DNA from: a virus
Taxonomy: Duplodnaviria; Heunggongvirae; Uroviricota; Caudoviricetes
Strand: one strand, 5' to 3'
Virus record (IMG/VR): IMGVR_UViG_3300006204_000001
Length of the DNA stretch: 64,000 nt
Below are positions 38,501 through 46,924 of this stretch, piece after piece. Every line of letters begins with the position of its first letter. Within the stretch, counting starts at the first letter, position 1. Under the pieces are notes generated by a model. The model saw only the letters and a list, made by a program, of their open reading frames with translations, ran no database searches and was not told where the DNA came from. The translations under genes and the position numbers were made by a program.

Positions 38501-40912
38501 TGGTTTGATACTTTATCTAATATGATTAATGGTATTAATAAAGGTGGTCCCGAAAATATTGCTAATAATATAAGCAATGCAGCTAAGAGTATAGCATATA
38601 ATGCAGCAAATGTTACTAAAGGAGCACCTACGACTGAAGGCGGCAATCCATTAGATAAAGAATATAAAATTACAAGTACTTTTGGTCCAAGAAAATATCC
38701 TCATACTGGAGAACATCATGGTGTTGATCTTAAACCTGCTGGAAATATGAATACATATGCAGATGTATTTAGTAGATTTAGTGGTGTCATTGAAGATATA
38801 AAGTCTGATGTTCCTAATACAGATCATGCAGTTATGTCACAAGATGGAACATGGACTTATGAAGGTAATAATGAAACTGGTAATATGGTTTCTATTAGAA
38901 CTAAAGATGGATTCTTAATTAAAAATATGCATCTGAAACAAGGTACTATACCTACTAATCTTAAAGTTGGATCTGAAATACAAGCTGGTCAGAAGATAGG
39001 TGAAATGGGTAACACAGGTTGGTCAACTGGTCCTCATTTACATTATCAGATACAAGATCAAAATGGTAATTATATAGATCCAACATATACATTACTTGGA
39101 ACTCCAAATTCCAAAAATGGAATAAGTGGCGCAATAAATTCAGTGGCTAATGTAACTGCTTCAACTATAACTGGGTCATCTTATTATCCATCAGCTTCTT
39201 CAGATAACCAAACTACATCTGGTGGTATATTAGCTGAAATATTATCTGTAATAAAGGATGCAGGTAATAGTTTATTAAGTAAGATTACTGGTGGTTTAAT
39301 AGGTAACTCATCAAGTAATAATTCAGATGAATCATCAGCATATTCAACAGGAGTAATGTCTGCAGAAAATACTATGTTGACAAATTCTCCTAATAGTGAT
39401 TGGGTTTCTATAGTAAGAGCAGTAAAACAATTAGTAGCAGCTCAAGCGCCGGTATATAATCAATCAGGTTATATTAATATTACTTATAATGGGAGGACTG
39501 TAAAGACAAGAACTGATTGTACTGGTATCATAGCTACTATGTTAAAATTCTATGGGGTGTTACCAGAATCAACTAATATTACTTCAAGAGTATTATTAAC
39601 TGAAGGAGCTATACCAAATGGATTTACAAAATCACCTTGGCCAGGTTGGGATAAGTTAGTGGAAGGTGATATTATTAGTAGAGCTGGACATGCAGAAATA
39701 TTTGCATTTAATAACGGAAATAAACATATGGTTTATAATGGTGGATCTACTAATGCACTTGCATCACCTGGGGCTACTTATACTGGTCATAAAGATGGTT
39801 ATGATGTTATTTGGAGATGTAATGAAACTTCATCTATTAACAATTTAATACCAGGAATGTCAAATGGTGTATTAGGAACAGGAGCTGAATTATTATTTCC
39901 ACAAGAATATGGTCATAATGAAACATTTGAAAAAGAAATTCTTAAGGATAAATATGACTCACCTACTCATGGATGGTCTCCTTCTTCAAGACAAGGGCAA
40001 CTACGAAAAGATGCTATTGCAAATAATCGTCTTAAACCACAAAATGCATTTGGTTTAACAAATGTGGCAACTATAGATGATAGAATGCTTATAGCAACAA
40101 AAGAAAATATAGGTAACCAATTCCCTGTTAATGTAGGTGATCATGTAGATGTACAGTTTACTGATGGATCTGTATGGAATACAATGATTGGTGATATTAA
40201 GGGTAATGATGCACCACATCCATGGGGTCATAATAATGGTAAAGATTCTGTAGAAATTATTTATTGGGATTATAAAAATAATTCTGGTAATCAAAGAAAG
40301 AAAGTGAATAAACTTGTAAAGACTGGTGGCACTTATATACCAGGAGCTGCTCCATCTAAAACTGATATAAATAATATAGGTATGATAGGTGGTATTTCTA
40401 ATAATTTATTACAGAATATAACCAATGCTGGTATTAATAAAGCTAATACAAGTATATCAAATGGAACTGGTGGACCTGTAGATTCATCAACTACAATAAA
40501 CAAACAAAATTATACATCTACTAAGACACAAATAACAAAGCCAAAAAATAATATCGTTTCTATAAATAATATTGATAGTAGATCAAAATCAATTGAATCA
40601 TCTAAGCGAGAAGTACCAACAGCAAGATCAGAAAGTGCTTCTAATAATATTAGTAATGATAATAAAGAGATAATAAAATTATTATATTCTATAATTGATT
40701 ATCTTGGTTCAATTGATAATAATTCTGGAACTTCAAATGAATTACTTAATTCTATTAACAGTAGTGGATTTGTAGATCAAGGTTTAAGAAATGAATTAAG
40801 CTCTGCTTCTGAGTTAATAAATAAGAAAAGAGCTAATAAACATACCATGAATTATAAACAAACAAATCCTGCAAATAATAGAATGATATCAAATTTAGCT
40901 AGACCTGTATAA
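32540..40912 (+). CDS. giant tape-measure-like virion protein (2790 aa) with M23 peptidase and NlpC/P60-like cysteine peptidase domains
   Basis: Coiled-coil N-half; glycine-zipper TM segment LISTSIGALGGGLLAGPLGVLMGSMAGS; M23 motifs HTGEHHGVD ... GNTGWSTGPHLHYQ (about 38650-39090); Cys/His pair DCTGIIATML ... GHAEIFAF (about 39440-39830); RBS GAGGTGGTG. Confidence 0.8.
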   Translation: MSNTINEKTTSLSFLKQAANVITNGSISYINKVMPNTTDTLKEAKATVNEVTSTFSNTTGNVFPILRKLKSQISYKGILNWFYEKEDSFDSGVDIPSSYDDGSDFEMAEVQINQSEKNAKEISQTIVESSRHMVESEIASTANLTHTISAQTAVITSGFDSVNKNLENIAEIISKNTSAIIELQTASSKVELISRTQTDADESRKRMQSGKFNLSDYKAILKDNFANSELGLSLGTASGLLSNSGMIKDLLSPTNLLSVGISKAVDKASPNFRKNAKALDDAISETIMTSLIRLGESKKEVFGVNLGKIFGIDSSREKIDTSRQTLELHATPFDTLTKDTINSGITGYLRKILVAVGGDDVIYDARSRSFKTQKQLKKEYRAESINTSALYQATDRVKQNLGNEDFTKMMYSLMMNDLSNRTGPNGNARNQINQFKNFDVTYDYLKSLLGNNATSTDLDNIKVLAKRLGRLPTGYGEQDIMNQAAREAIKRNNKMKEYVINADNYGVDLSFINDSTKADANTIKKTFGRSDIEIKNSPSRISTLTNIDYTYKALYEIYRRLNKGINVFKVGENNRRSKPYTDWKDNYLSKPSGYKSKTINDADTTTNGILANMGRLDDGPNQLRNNTLEDGTTEELTGGQRFSRWGKQRGGEFIKAMFSGNPGDVKRVFGNIIQDVSGVASDKIKSQANKVNDKYGNASGYLKHKLFGTSYRYTNDEGKEVEIEKNDKGGYAGFIKKKLFGKLGDTNNSVQKWFKDVAGYFDYGNKEDKKNGVESKRKKLISTSIGALGGGLLAGPLGVLMGSMAGSAFSNFNIGDKFKEKLFGRDDNGKAKGLLTKVFDKMTRPITYQIKKTTNYFGNVLKKNIFGPLSDLGFAMRERMLHHVDGLMKKTMNFIKNSFIGKAFSAAKKKVGGAVKTGAKKVFGGLGNLLYGGSVGTLGLAARQTLNANTLLPRAGLNGLSNLLVHNTGTYEVDPDTGERVWVSGKDKLKQRREERNASIKRDMDRYSLFGGYAEYNRELDAKHATNKNELEQYIAEGTPKIVENTEQTNEILDNLTDVNRESNEALQNLDRNSSEVGSLFTHDQGIHDKLDKLYAFLTGNTSTNKPSNTPEGHYKSDKKADDDSLKNALENKSSKAPTLIGGGNQSDPILGSALGSISTIAANNGLSNDEAQTTNETIAELSKDKPNKNSISAKLQKIININKTKSDEDDKDKKKKKSLFWDILGKIGNFAGGFLDKLPLILGGIAAFKLFCGDFEGVKDVVSRIGNGIDSIASFITGKSKDDGTTAGMNAVTSLADIQSDSPMSYAIPGAELYHNERDCAGNRIRNQNATKAKNTILIGANLKNAFMNKWHGTNNSSFTSTMARTRASISGRINNISSSVYNKLDNSVLGKFGLGRKIKNKASKIRDNSAAAQANQDQIANNNVTTVDNLKSRVGTAASLSFLSGAAGLGAKGIAKAFGRDEESQDRWSRIGSGGTALVLTANHGMSKLTGKKSLIDLFKELVSKLFKYLAGKFKENGILKKCASKVDDIFTGLDTKIFTGLKDKMIDIVSKKLLELGVVSSGEQALSAATLGIPIVVGGISGFIDGICGVEHLFSVLPGDADGTMKTISILLNTALGAAAFVPGVGYAVACIDIIDAIMSAIPVFKGKGLTQYLAELLYNIINGAKNLVTGKKGNKLKEAHAEVTRNTKAYNEKFGTNLSESDIIDATTNKGWWDALWHGKAYKGDNGLLVTDRAGNFLGKGGITNALFGNNKIYESDTEGNVLKNQYGEAVVKTDKYGLGSYKNNMKIGDYAKFGFNSAKRFFTGGEVYKTDEKGNVIYDENGNPIVDHKESNIFTRVFKEKKFLDEATTQSINTTKSFIKNIFKKETIKDENGNEILDENGKPIERSKAGNVIVKATNVINGALFGGVGGVFKALKKNEKEQYELDENGKPLLDADGNKVKKGTLGSVITKGLGKIGNTALSFLTGGALKDTELVKSVKNSKWFDTLSNMINGINKGGPENIANNISNAAKSIAYNAANVTKGAPTTEGGNPLDKEYKITSTFGPRKYPHTGEHHGVDLKPAGNMNTYADVFSRFSGVIEDIKSDVPNTDHAVMSQDGTWTYEGNNETGNMVSIRTKDGFLIKNMHLKQGTIPTNLKVGSEIQAGQKIGEMGNTGWSTGPHLHYQIQDQNGNYIDPTYTLLGTPNSKNGISGAINSVANVTASTITGSSYYPSASSDNQTTSGGILAEILSVIKDAGNSLLSKITGGLIGNSSSNNSDESSAYSTGVMSAENTMLTNSPNSDWVSIVRAVKQLVAAQAPVYNQSGYINITYNGRTVKTRTDCTGIIATMLKFYGVLPESTNITSRVLLTEGAIPNGFTKSPWPGWDKLVEGDIISRAGHAEIFAFNNGNKHMVYNGGSTNALASPGATYTGHKDGYDVIWRCNETSSINNLIPGMSNGVLGTGAELLFPQEYGHNETFEKEILKDKYDSPTHGWSPSSRQGQLRKDAIANNRLKPQNAFGLTNVATIDDRMLIATKENIGNQFPVNVGDHVDVQFTDGSVWNTMIGDIKGNDAPHPWGHNNGKDSVEIIYWDYKNNSGNQRKKVNKLVKTGGTYIPGAAPSKTDINNIGMIGGISNNLLQNITNAGINKANTSISNGTGGPVDSSTTINKQNYTSTKTQITKPKNNIVSINNIDSRSKSIESSKREVPTARSESASNNISNDNKEIIKLLYSIIDYLGSIDNNSGTSNELLNSINSSGFVDQGLRNELSSASELINKKRANKHTMNYKQTNPANNRMISNLARPV

Positions 40913-40921
40913 TATATTCAT

Positions 40922-40960
40922 AAAAGGGGGCTATTAATAGCCCCCTTTTATTTTTCTTTT
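40922..40960 (+). terminator. terminator AAAAGGGGGCTATTAATAGCCCCCTTTTATTTTT
   Basis: 12-bp stem + T-run. Confidence 0.7.
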
Positions 40961-41036
40961 TAATTATATATTCTATTAGTATAATTTACTTATGTAAAAA
41001 GAATAATTTTAATTTCTTCAAGGGAGGTTTTTTAAT

Positions 41037-41909
41037 ATGGGTGTATTAAGTAATGATCCTAGTTTGATCATGGCTCAACGAATATTAAAAAATAATGTGA
41101 CTAGTAAACCCACTGCTACATCAGAAGATGTAGATGCAGAAAAGTTAGCATTTTGTAGAAGATTAGTAGAGACAAGTTTTGCTCTATCGGAAGATTTAGA
41201 TGATGAAGAAGATGAAGATTTTGAGGAAGAAGATTATTATGATGAGGAAGAATTAGAAGAATTTGAAGAATATGATGATGAAGCAGAAGAAGAATTATAT
41301 GATAATGATGAGGAAGAAGAAAATATAATTGAGTGGAAGAAATTAAAGAAGAAAGAAAAGAAGAATAAAAAGGAAAATAATAAAAAGCAGAAGAAGATTA
41401 AAAGTGATAAAAAGAAGAATAAGAAAATTAAAGTTGAAAAGACAGCGGAAGAATTGGAAGAAGAAAAGAAAGAAAAAGAATTAAAAATGCGGAAGAAAAT
41501 GGAAGAAAAGAAGAAAAGAGAAAGAGCAGAAAAGGAAGCACTTAGAAAAGAAAGTGAGATTCAATTAATTGAACTTGCAGGGCAGAAGAATTATTTGGAA
41601 GAAAAATTAACAGAATTAAATCCTCGGAAAAAGAAACATGCACAGGCTATTGTTGATATAAATATAGCTATTAGAGAAATAGAAGAAGAAATGAGGAGAA
41701 TAGAAATTATGAGTGGTGTAAAAACTCCTAATTTACAACAAGGATCCAAAGTAAAGAGATTCTTTATAAATATAAAAAATAAAGTAAATAGAGGAATTAA
41801 GAAATTTAAGAAAGGTTTTAAGAGAAATAAGGAGATAATTATTACAGCAGCAACTATATTCGTACCTGCTATATTAGGATTTGCTGCAAGATTAATATCA
41901 AAACATTAG
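41037..41909 (+). CDS. tail-anchored membrane protein with extreme acidic (D/E) then basic (K) blocks and coiled coil
   Basis: EDLDDEEDEDFEEEDYYDEEELEEFEEYDDE.. then KKLKKKEKKNKKENNKKQKKIK..; C-terminal TM IIITAATIFVPAILGFAARLI; RBS AGGGAGGT. Confidence 0.55.
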   Translation: MGVLSNDPSLIMAQRILKNNVTSKPTATSEDVDAEKLAFCRRLVETSFALSEDLDDEEDEDFEEEDYYDEEELEEFEEYDDEAEEELYDNDEEEENIIEWKKLKKKEKKNKKENNKKQKKIKSDKKKNKKIKVEKTAEELEEEKKEKELKMRKKMEEKKKRERAEKEALRKESEIQLIELAGQKNYLEEKLTELNPRKKKHAQAIVDINIAIREIEEEMRRIEIMSGVKTPNLQQGSKVKRFFINIKNKVNRGIKKFKKGFKRNKEIIITAATIFVPAILGFAARLISKH

Positions 41910-41943
41910 GTCATCCATAAAGGACGGCCTAATGTTTATAATT

Positions 41944-43224
41944 TTATTGTGTAGAAGCAATATCATTCAGAAGATGGTTAATTTGTTCACCCATATCTTT
42001 AAATAGATCAGATAAAATCGGATCATTGATATTTTGAAGATTATTAATATTTTTAACATCGAAAGTTATAACTGCTTTAGTCATATAAATAGATGGTAAT
42101 AATGAAAATGCTCCACGTTCATCAATATCATATCCACCTGTTATATCTCTAGCAGATGACATAAGCATAGCAATAAGATTTCTGGTACTATTTTCAACTT
42201 CAGTAATTCTTAACTTATATGCTTCTAAAGCATTATTAAAAGTTTTAACTTTCTCTTCATCGTCAGAGTAAAACTCGGTAGAAATATTTTCTATAGGGAA
42301 TTTTGTCTCAAGTGTATCATAATATGTTGATGGATAAGCAATAGTCATATAATCTTCTTTAGTATTATTAAGAAGAAATAACATATGCTGTATTGGAATA
42401 GATATAACAAAATCAACATATAATGGCGTATTCAATGATCCAATCTTTTTCAATTTATCAATCATATCATTCTTATTGATATTAAATAAGTTAAATAATA
42501 CTTCGGATCTATCAACATTGTCATATTTATGGCAACCAAGTAAAGCAAACTTAAAAAATTTATTATTATGACATGTATTAAGTGGATTATATTTGATAAC
42601 GTTAACATATTGAACGTATCTGTTATCAAATTGAACAAGAGAAGTGTTTTTGATTAATTCTAATGTAAACAACTTATTGAAACTATGATTTTCATCAAAG
42701 ATTTGTTGTAATGTATTAGGATAATCAGAAACAAATATCTTAGTTGATTCTTCTACTACCATATATGATATAAAATTTACAAATGATACAGGTATCTGTA
42801 TAGTAAATTTTCTAGATATCATAGGTAACAGTAATCTTCTAACAGTACCACTAATAATATCGTTATCAGTTTGCATTTGCATGACAAGATTAATATAACT
42901 ATTAATTGACGCCTCAGCAGCATCAGCAAACTTAATAGGTGATTTATCATTACCAACAGTAAATTCACCAGGGAAAAATATTTTAAGTTCTTCCATAGAT
43001 GGAACTTCAGCTTTACTTTCTTCAATAATGCGTAATTTATCTCTATAAGTCTGAGTTAATCTAAATAACTCAAATAGATTTACATTATCTAAAGTGATGA
43101 TATAACATAATTCATCATTAATAAGTGACTGTAAAGCAAGATCTGATACAATATTTGCATTATTAGTTATAGCCCATGAAATAATGTTATTAGATCCAGC
43201 TTCTTTAATTGATACAATATTCAT
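41944..43224 (-). CDS. hypothetical protein
   Basis: ORF; start moved to MNIVSIKE.. ATG which has AAGGAGG 8 nt upstream. Confidence 0.5.
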   Translation of the reverse strand: MNIVSIKEAGSNNIISWAITNNANIVSDLALQSLINDELCYIITLDNVNLFELFRLTQTYRDKLRIIEESKAEVPSMEELKIFFPGEFTVGNDKSPIKFADAAEASINSYINLVMQMQTDNDIISGTVRRLLLPMISRKFTIQIPVSFVNFISYMVVEESTKIFVSDYPNTLQQIFDENHSFNKLFTLELIKNTSLVQFDNRYVQYVNVIKYNPLNTCHNNKFFKFALLGCHKYDNVDRSEVLFNLFNINKNDMIDKLKKIGSLNTPLYVDFVISIPIQHMLFLLNNTKEDYMTIAYPSTYYDTLETKFPIENISTEFYSDDEEKVKTFNNALEAYKLRITEVENSTRNLIAMLMSSARDITGGYDIDERGAFSLLPSIYMTKAVITFDVKNINNLQNINDPILSDLFKDMGEQINHLLNDIASTQ

Positions 43225-43304
43225 TATTTTATCCTCCTTTATCATAAATGATATATTATATATGTATCAGTGGATAAAAATAATTTTATTAATGGAGGGA
43301 GAAA

Positions 43305-43550
43305 ATGTACACAGGAAAGAGAGGAAGAATTTATGATGAATTTGATCCAGATGATTTAACAAAGAATCAATTGGAACAATTTGCTGATCATTTAGACAAT
43401 TATCTTGAGATGTTTCAAGATGTAATGGTTATTCCAAAAGAATTACTTGATAAAGAAAAAGAAATGGAAATAGCTATTGGATTGGTTAAGGAATTAATTA
43501 GTAAACTAAAGAAAGGAAAAAAATCTGTATTTAAAGATATGGATGAATAA
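43305..43550 (+). CDS. small hypothetical protein
   Basis: 81-aa ORF, RBS GGAGGGAGAAA. Confidence 0.45.
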   Translation: MYTGKRGRIYDEFDPDDLTKNQLEQFADHLDNYLEMFQDVMVIPKELLDKEKEMEIAIGLVKELISKLKKGKKSVFKDMDE

Positions 43551-43590
43551 AACAAAGATGAATAAAAATTAATAGGAGGAAATAAATGTA

Positions 43591-44616
43591 ATGACAAGAA
43601 CAAGAATAATTATTCATATAATTCCATCGAAATATGTTGTAGGTGGTAATATTGATAAATATATACCAAATGCAAAGAATTGGAAAATCAGTTCAGTAGC
43701 TAATATATTTGTAAATGAAGTAGATGGAATGTATCATATTATATTTTATAGTGATATATTTGATCAATTGGAAAAAGATGTATTGATTAACGGCATTATA
43801 TCATTAATTGAGAATAATATTGAAAGACCAAAATTAATATCGATATCATATGATTCGATAATATTAGAAGATGGTGTTAACATGTTAACTGTTCCATGTG
43901 TAAAAAATATTATTGAATTGCAAAATATATTATCTGATGTAATATCAAATAAAGATAAAAGAAAATGGGAATTTGAAATATTACAGAATGTTGTTGATGC
44001 AGCAAATTTTTATGTAAAACATCAAAAGAAATTGAACGAATGGAGAGAAGAACATAAAGATGATAATAAATATAAGAAAAAGATTTCAAATAGAATTTAT
44101 GACAAACCAGAAATACGACAAGAAGAACCACAAAGAAGAAGTATTGATCTTATTACAAAAGCAATAGAAGATATGCAAGATTTTGAAGATGAAGATGATA
44201 GCGTATTTGGTAAAAATAAAAAGAGAAAGAAACGTAAGTCTCTTCGTAGTGATAAAAAGAAACATTATTCTTCTTCAAAATTAATAAAAATTAAAGATGC
44301 TAAAAAATCTTATAATAGACATGGAGTTATTGTATCAAGTAAAAAATCTATTATAGAAAGAGATGAAAAGGTTATCAAAGATTTCTTAAAGGATTTTATT
44401 CCTGGTAATGGATGGAAAAAAGACTTGAGAAAAGATCTTTTAGAAAGATGGATGAGCGTCTTTGTTATTACAAAGAAACAACTTAAAAGGATTGAGAAGA
44501 GGGAAAAAGAACGAAAAGAATCAAATGATAAATATAAAAAGGCAAGAAAAGTAATAAACGTAGCAGGTAGATTAATATCTACACCAATAGATCATTGGAA
44601 TGATCCTAGTAGATAA
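43591..44616 (+). CDS. hypothetical protein with lysine/arginine-rich C-terminal half
   Basis: 341-aa ORF; KKRKKRKSLRSDKKKHYSS and further K-rich stretches; RBS TAGGAGGAAAT. Confidence 0.5.
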   Translation: MTRTRIIIHIIPSKYVVGGNIDKYIPNAKNWKISSVANIFVNEVDGMYHIIFYSDIFDQLEKDVLINGIISLIENNIERPKLISISYDSIILEDGVNMLTVPCVKNIIELQNILSDVISNKDKRKWEFEILQNVVDAANFYVKHQKKLNEWREEHKDDNKYKKKISNRIYDKPEIRQEEPQRRSIDLITKAIEDMQDFEDEDDSVFGKNKKRKKRKSLRSDKKKHYSSSKLIKIKDAKKSYNRHGVIVSSKKSIIERDEKVIKDFLKDFIPGNGWKKDLRKDLLERWMSVFVITKKQLKRIEKREKERKESNDKYKKARKVINVAGRLISTPIDHWNDPSR

Positions 44617-44627
44617 GGAGGAATAAA

Positions 44628-44885
44628 ATGAGCCAAGTAATTGAAAACTTAGAAAAACTTACTAATCCTGATAACTTTCAAAAGTATGTATTAGGATATA
44701 AAAAGAATGGGCAACCAAGAGCAGCTTATGATGTAATAAAAGATGTATATATTGAACCAAAAAAGAAGAAAAAGAAGAAACATGACAAAAATAATCCGTA
44801 TAACACATATTCATTTTATATGAATGCGAAGAAGAAAAAGAAGAAACATAAAAAGAAAAACAAAAAATTCTCTTGGCATATATAA
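44628..44885 (+). CDS. small lysine-rich protein (85 aa) with internal DNA repeat
   Basis: KKKKKKHDKNNPYNTYSFYMNAKKKKKKHKKKNKK; AAGAAGAAAAAGAAGAAACAT repeated twice; RBS AAGGAGGAATAAA. Confidence 0.4.
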   Translation: MSQVIENLEKLTNPDNFQKYVLGYKKNGQPRAAYDVIKDVYIEPKKKKKKKHDKNNPYNTYSFYMNAKKKKKKHKKKNKKFSWHI

Positions 44886-44958
44886 AATGGATATTATAAT
44901 AATAAAGATGGAATAATTATAATTATTCCATCTTTATTTTTTATGGAGGTATTATGTT

Positions 44959-46824
44959 TTGTTAAAAAGTAGTAATCCTACATTGTTGAATGTAACTTAT
45001 ATAAAACCTAATAAAGAAGATGGTACAAAAGAATCTTTTGAAGTAATATATAAAACTGAAACAGGTGAAGTATATAGATCAGAAGAACCACCATTAGCTG
45101 ATATATTTTTCGTGAAACCTGAATATAGAAATTATAATTATAATAAACCTGAAGAACGAATGGAACGCATGGAAAAAGTTCGTGTTCCTATTAGTAAAAT
45201 TCGTTATAGAATTGCTGAAGAAATAGGAGAAGAAGGACAAAAATTTATAAGTCAATGTTGTCAGGAAAAAAATTTCTCTAGGTTAAATGAATTATATGCG
45301 TGGCCATATTCTTATGGAGCTGATTTTCAACCTGAATATTATTTCATGAAGAATTGGTATGAAAAATATGAAATAGGAACTCCAAAAATTACAACGGCAT
45401 TTCTCGATATTGAGTGTGATTCATTAGAGAATGAGATTGATATGGATAATATTTCTGTTACAGCATATTCTCCTGTCAATTGTGCTACAGTAATTTTGGA
45501 TGATACTAAAGAAGCATGGACATTTATACTGAGACCACGTAAACCATCTGAATTAGGTAAAAGCAAAGAAGATTATATTAGAGCATATAATTTATATAAT
45601 AAACAAAAATATGATCATGAAAATTTAATGAATAATATGAATGATTTCATAGATAAACTTCATAAAACTTTTGATGGAAAATATGGTTATATAAATTATC
45701 ATGTGAGGGAATTTTCTGATGAAATTGAATTAATAGCTGATATATTTAGATTAATTAATAAGCGTAAACCAAATTTCTGTTTATGTTGGAATATGAGATT
45801 TGATATTCAGTATCTTTATTATAGATTACAAGCCTTGCATATTAACCCAGCTTCTATAATGTGTCATCCTGACTTTAAGAATAGTAAACCAAAATGCTAT
45901 TTTAAAGTTGATAGATCAACTTATCAATTGGAAAAACAATATGACTACTTCTATTGTAGTTCATATACTATATATATTTGCCAAATGAGAAATTATGCTG
46001 CTATACGTAAATCACAGCATAAATTACGTTCTGTATCTTTGAATGCTATAGCTGATATAGAATTAAAAGATAAAAAAGTAGATTACCCAGAAGAATCTAA
46101 CATGACTGAATTCATGTATAATAATTGGCCTTTATTTATTTTATATAATGTGAAAGATGTATTACTCCAGTTAGGAATTGAACGTAAAACAAAAGATACT
46201 ATGACATATTATATGCGTTCACAAGCGAATCTTACTCCATATAATAAAATATATAGAGAGACACATTTGTTACGAAACGTTCGTGAGCAGTCATTTAATA
46301 AACAAGGATGGGTTCAGGGTAATAATATTAATATCATCCATATGCGTGATGTAGATGAAGTTGAAAAAGCTTTCTATAATAATGATGAAAATGAAGAAGG
46401 TAATGAAAGTTCATTTAAAGGTGCAATAAATGCAGATCCGGTATGGAATGATAGGATAGGCATGAAGATATTAGGTATTAGATCAAATAATATCTTTTCA
46501 AATCCAATGGATTATGATATGGGAGCATTTTATCCATCAATAAAAATTGCATCTAATATGGATCCAATTACATTGTTATATAAAGCATCATTTGTAAATG
46601 AAGAATTTATGAGTGGTGAATTTATCAATAGATCTTTAAATCAACAATATGTAGAAAAAGATAAGAAAGGTAAAACACGTAAATTAGATTTTACTGGTGA
46701 AGCAGTAAACACATATGTTAGTGGTAATATATTAACATTTGGAGTGAATTATCTTAATCAACCATCTATAACAGAAGTTTTGGCTGCTTGCAGAAAGGAA
46801 TGTAAACGAAAAGAATTAGTATAA
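44959..46824 (+). CDS. family-B DNA polymerase, N-terminal fragment (3'-5' exonuclease domain + palm motif A only)
   Basis: Exo I FLDIECDS, Exo II NMRFDIQYLYY, Exo III YNVKDVLL, motif A DYDMGAFYPSI; no motif B/C (KxxxNSxYG / YGDTDS) before stop; probable TTG start 9 nt after GGAGGT. Confidence 0.6.
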   Translation: MLKSSNPTLLNVTYIKPNKEDGTKESFEVIYKTETGEVYRSEEPPLADIFFVKPEYRNYNYNKPEERMERMEKVRVPISKIRYRIAEEIGEEGQKFISQCCQEKNFSRLNELYAWPYSYGADFQPEYYFMKNWYEKYEIGTPKITTAFLDIECDSLENEIDMDNISVTAYSPVNCATVILDDTKEAWTFILRPRKPSELGKSKEDYIRAYNLYNKQKYDHENLMNNMNDFIDKLHKTFDGKYGYINYHVREFSDEIELIADIFRLINKRKPNFCLCWNMRFDIQYLYYRLQALHINPASIMCHPDFKNSKPKCYFKVDRSTYQLEKQYDYFYCSSYTIYICQMRNYAAIRKSQHKLRSVSLNAIADIELKDKKVDYPEESNMTEFMYNNWPLFILYNVKDVLLQLGIERKTKDTMTYYMRSQANLTPYNKIYRETHLLRNVREQSFNKQGWVQGNNINIIHMRDVDEVEKAFYNNDENEEGNESSFKGAINADPVWNDRIGMKILGIRSNNIFSNPMDYDMGAFYPSIKIASNMDPITLLYKASFVNEEFMSGEFINRSLNQQYVEKDKKGKTRKLDFTGEAVNTYVSGNILTFGVNYLNQPSITEVLAACRKECKRKELV

Positions 46825-46827
46825 ATA

Positions 46828-46862
46828 TATGAGGGGCCCTGTATAACCCCCCCCCTCATACT
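46828..46862 (+). terminator. GC-rich hairpin TATGAGGGGCCCTGTATAACCCCCCCCTCATA with C8 homopolymer
   Basis: Read directly; follows polymerase-fragment stop. Confidence 0.4.
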
Positions 46863-46924
46863 TTATAACATATTTTTATGATATATTATTATATCGAAAT
46901 AAAAATAGGAAGGAGTTTATAAAG

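Noticed and set aside
32540-40912. Track ORFs antisense to the giant plus-strand gene (33187..33576, 34402..34587, 34825..35076, 35974..36396, 36994..37287, 37426..37833, 38035..38646) and the sense-frame overlaps 37647..37841, 39666..39848, 40055..40294
   Set aside because: All are low-complexity (P/L/S/I-rich) reverse-frame readings of a strongly codon-biased gene, lack RBSs, and are fully nested. Treated as spurious.
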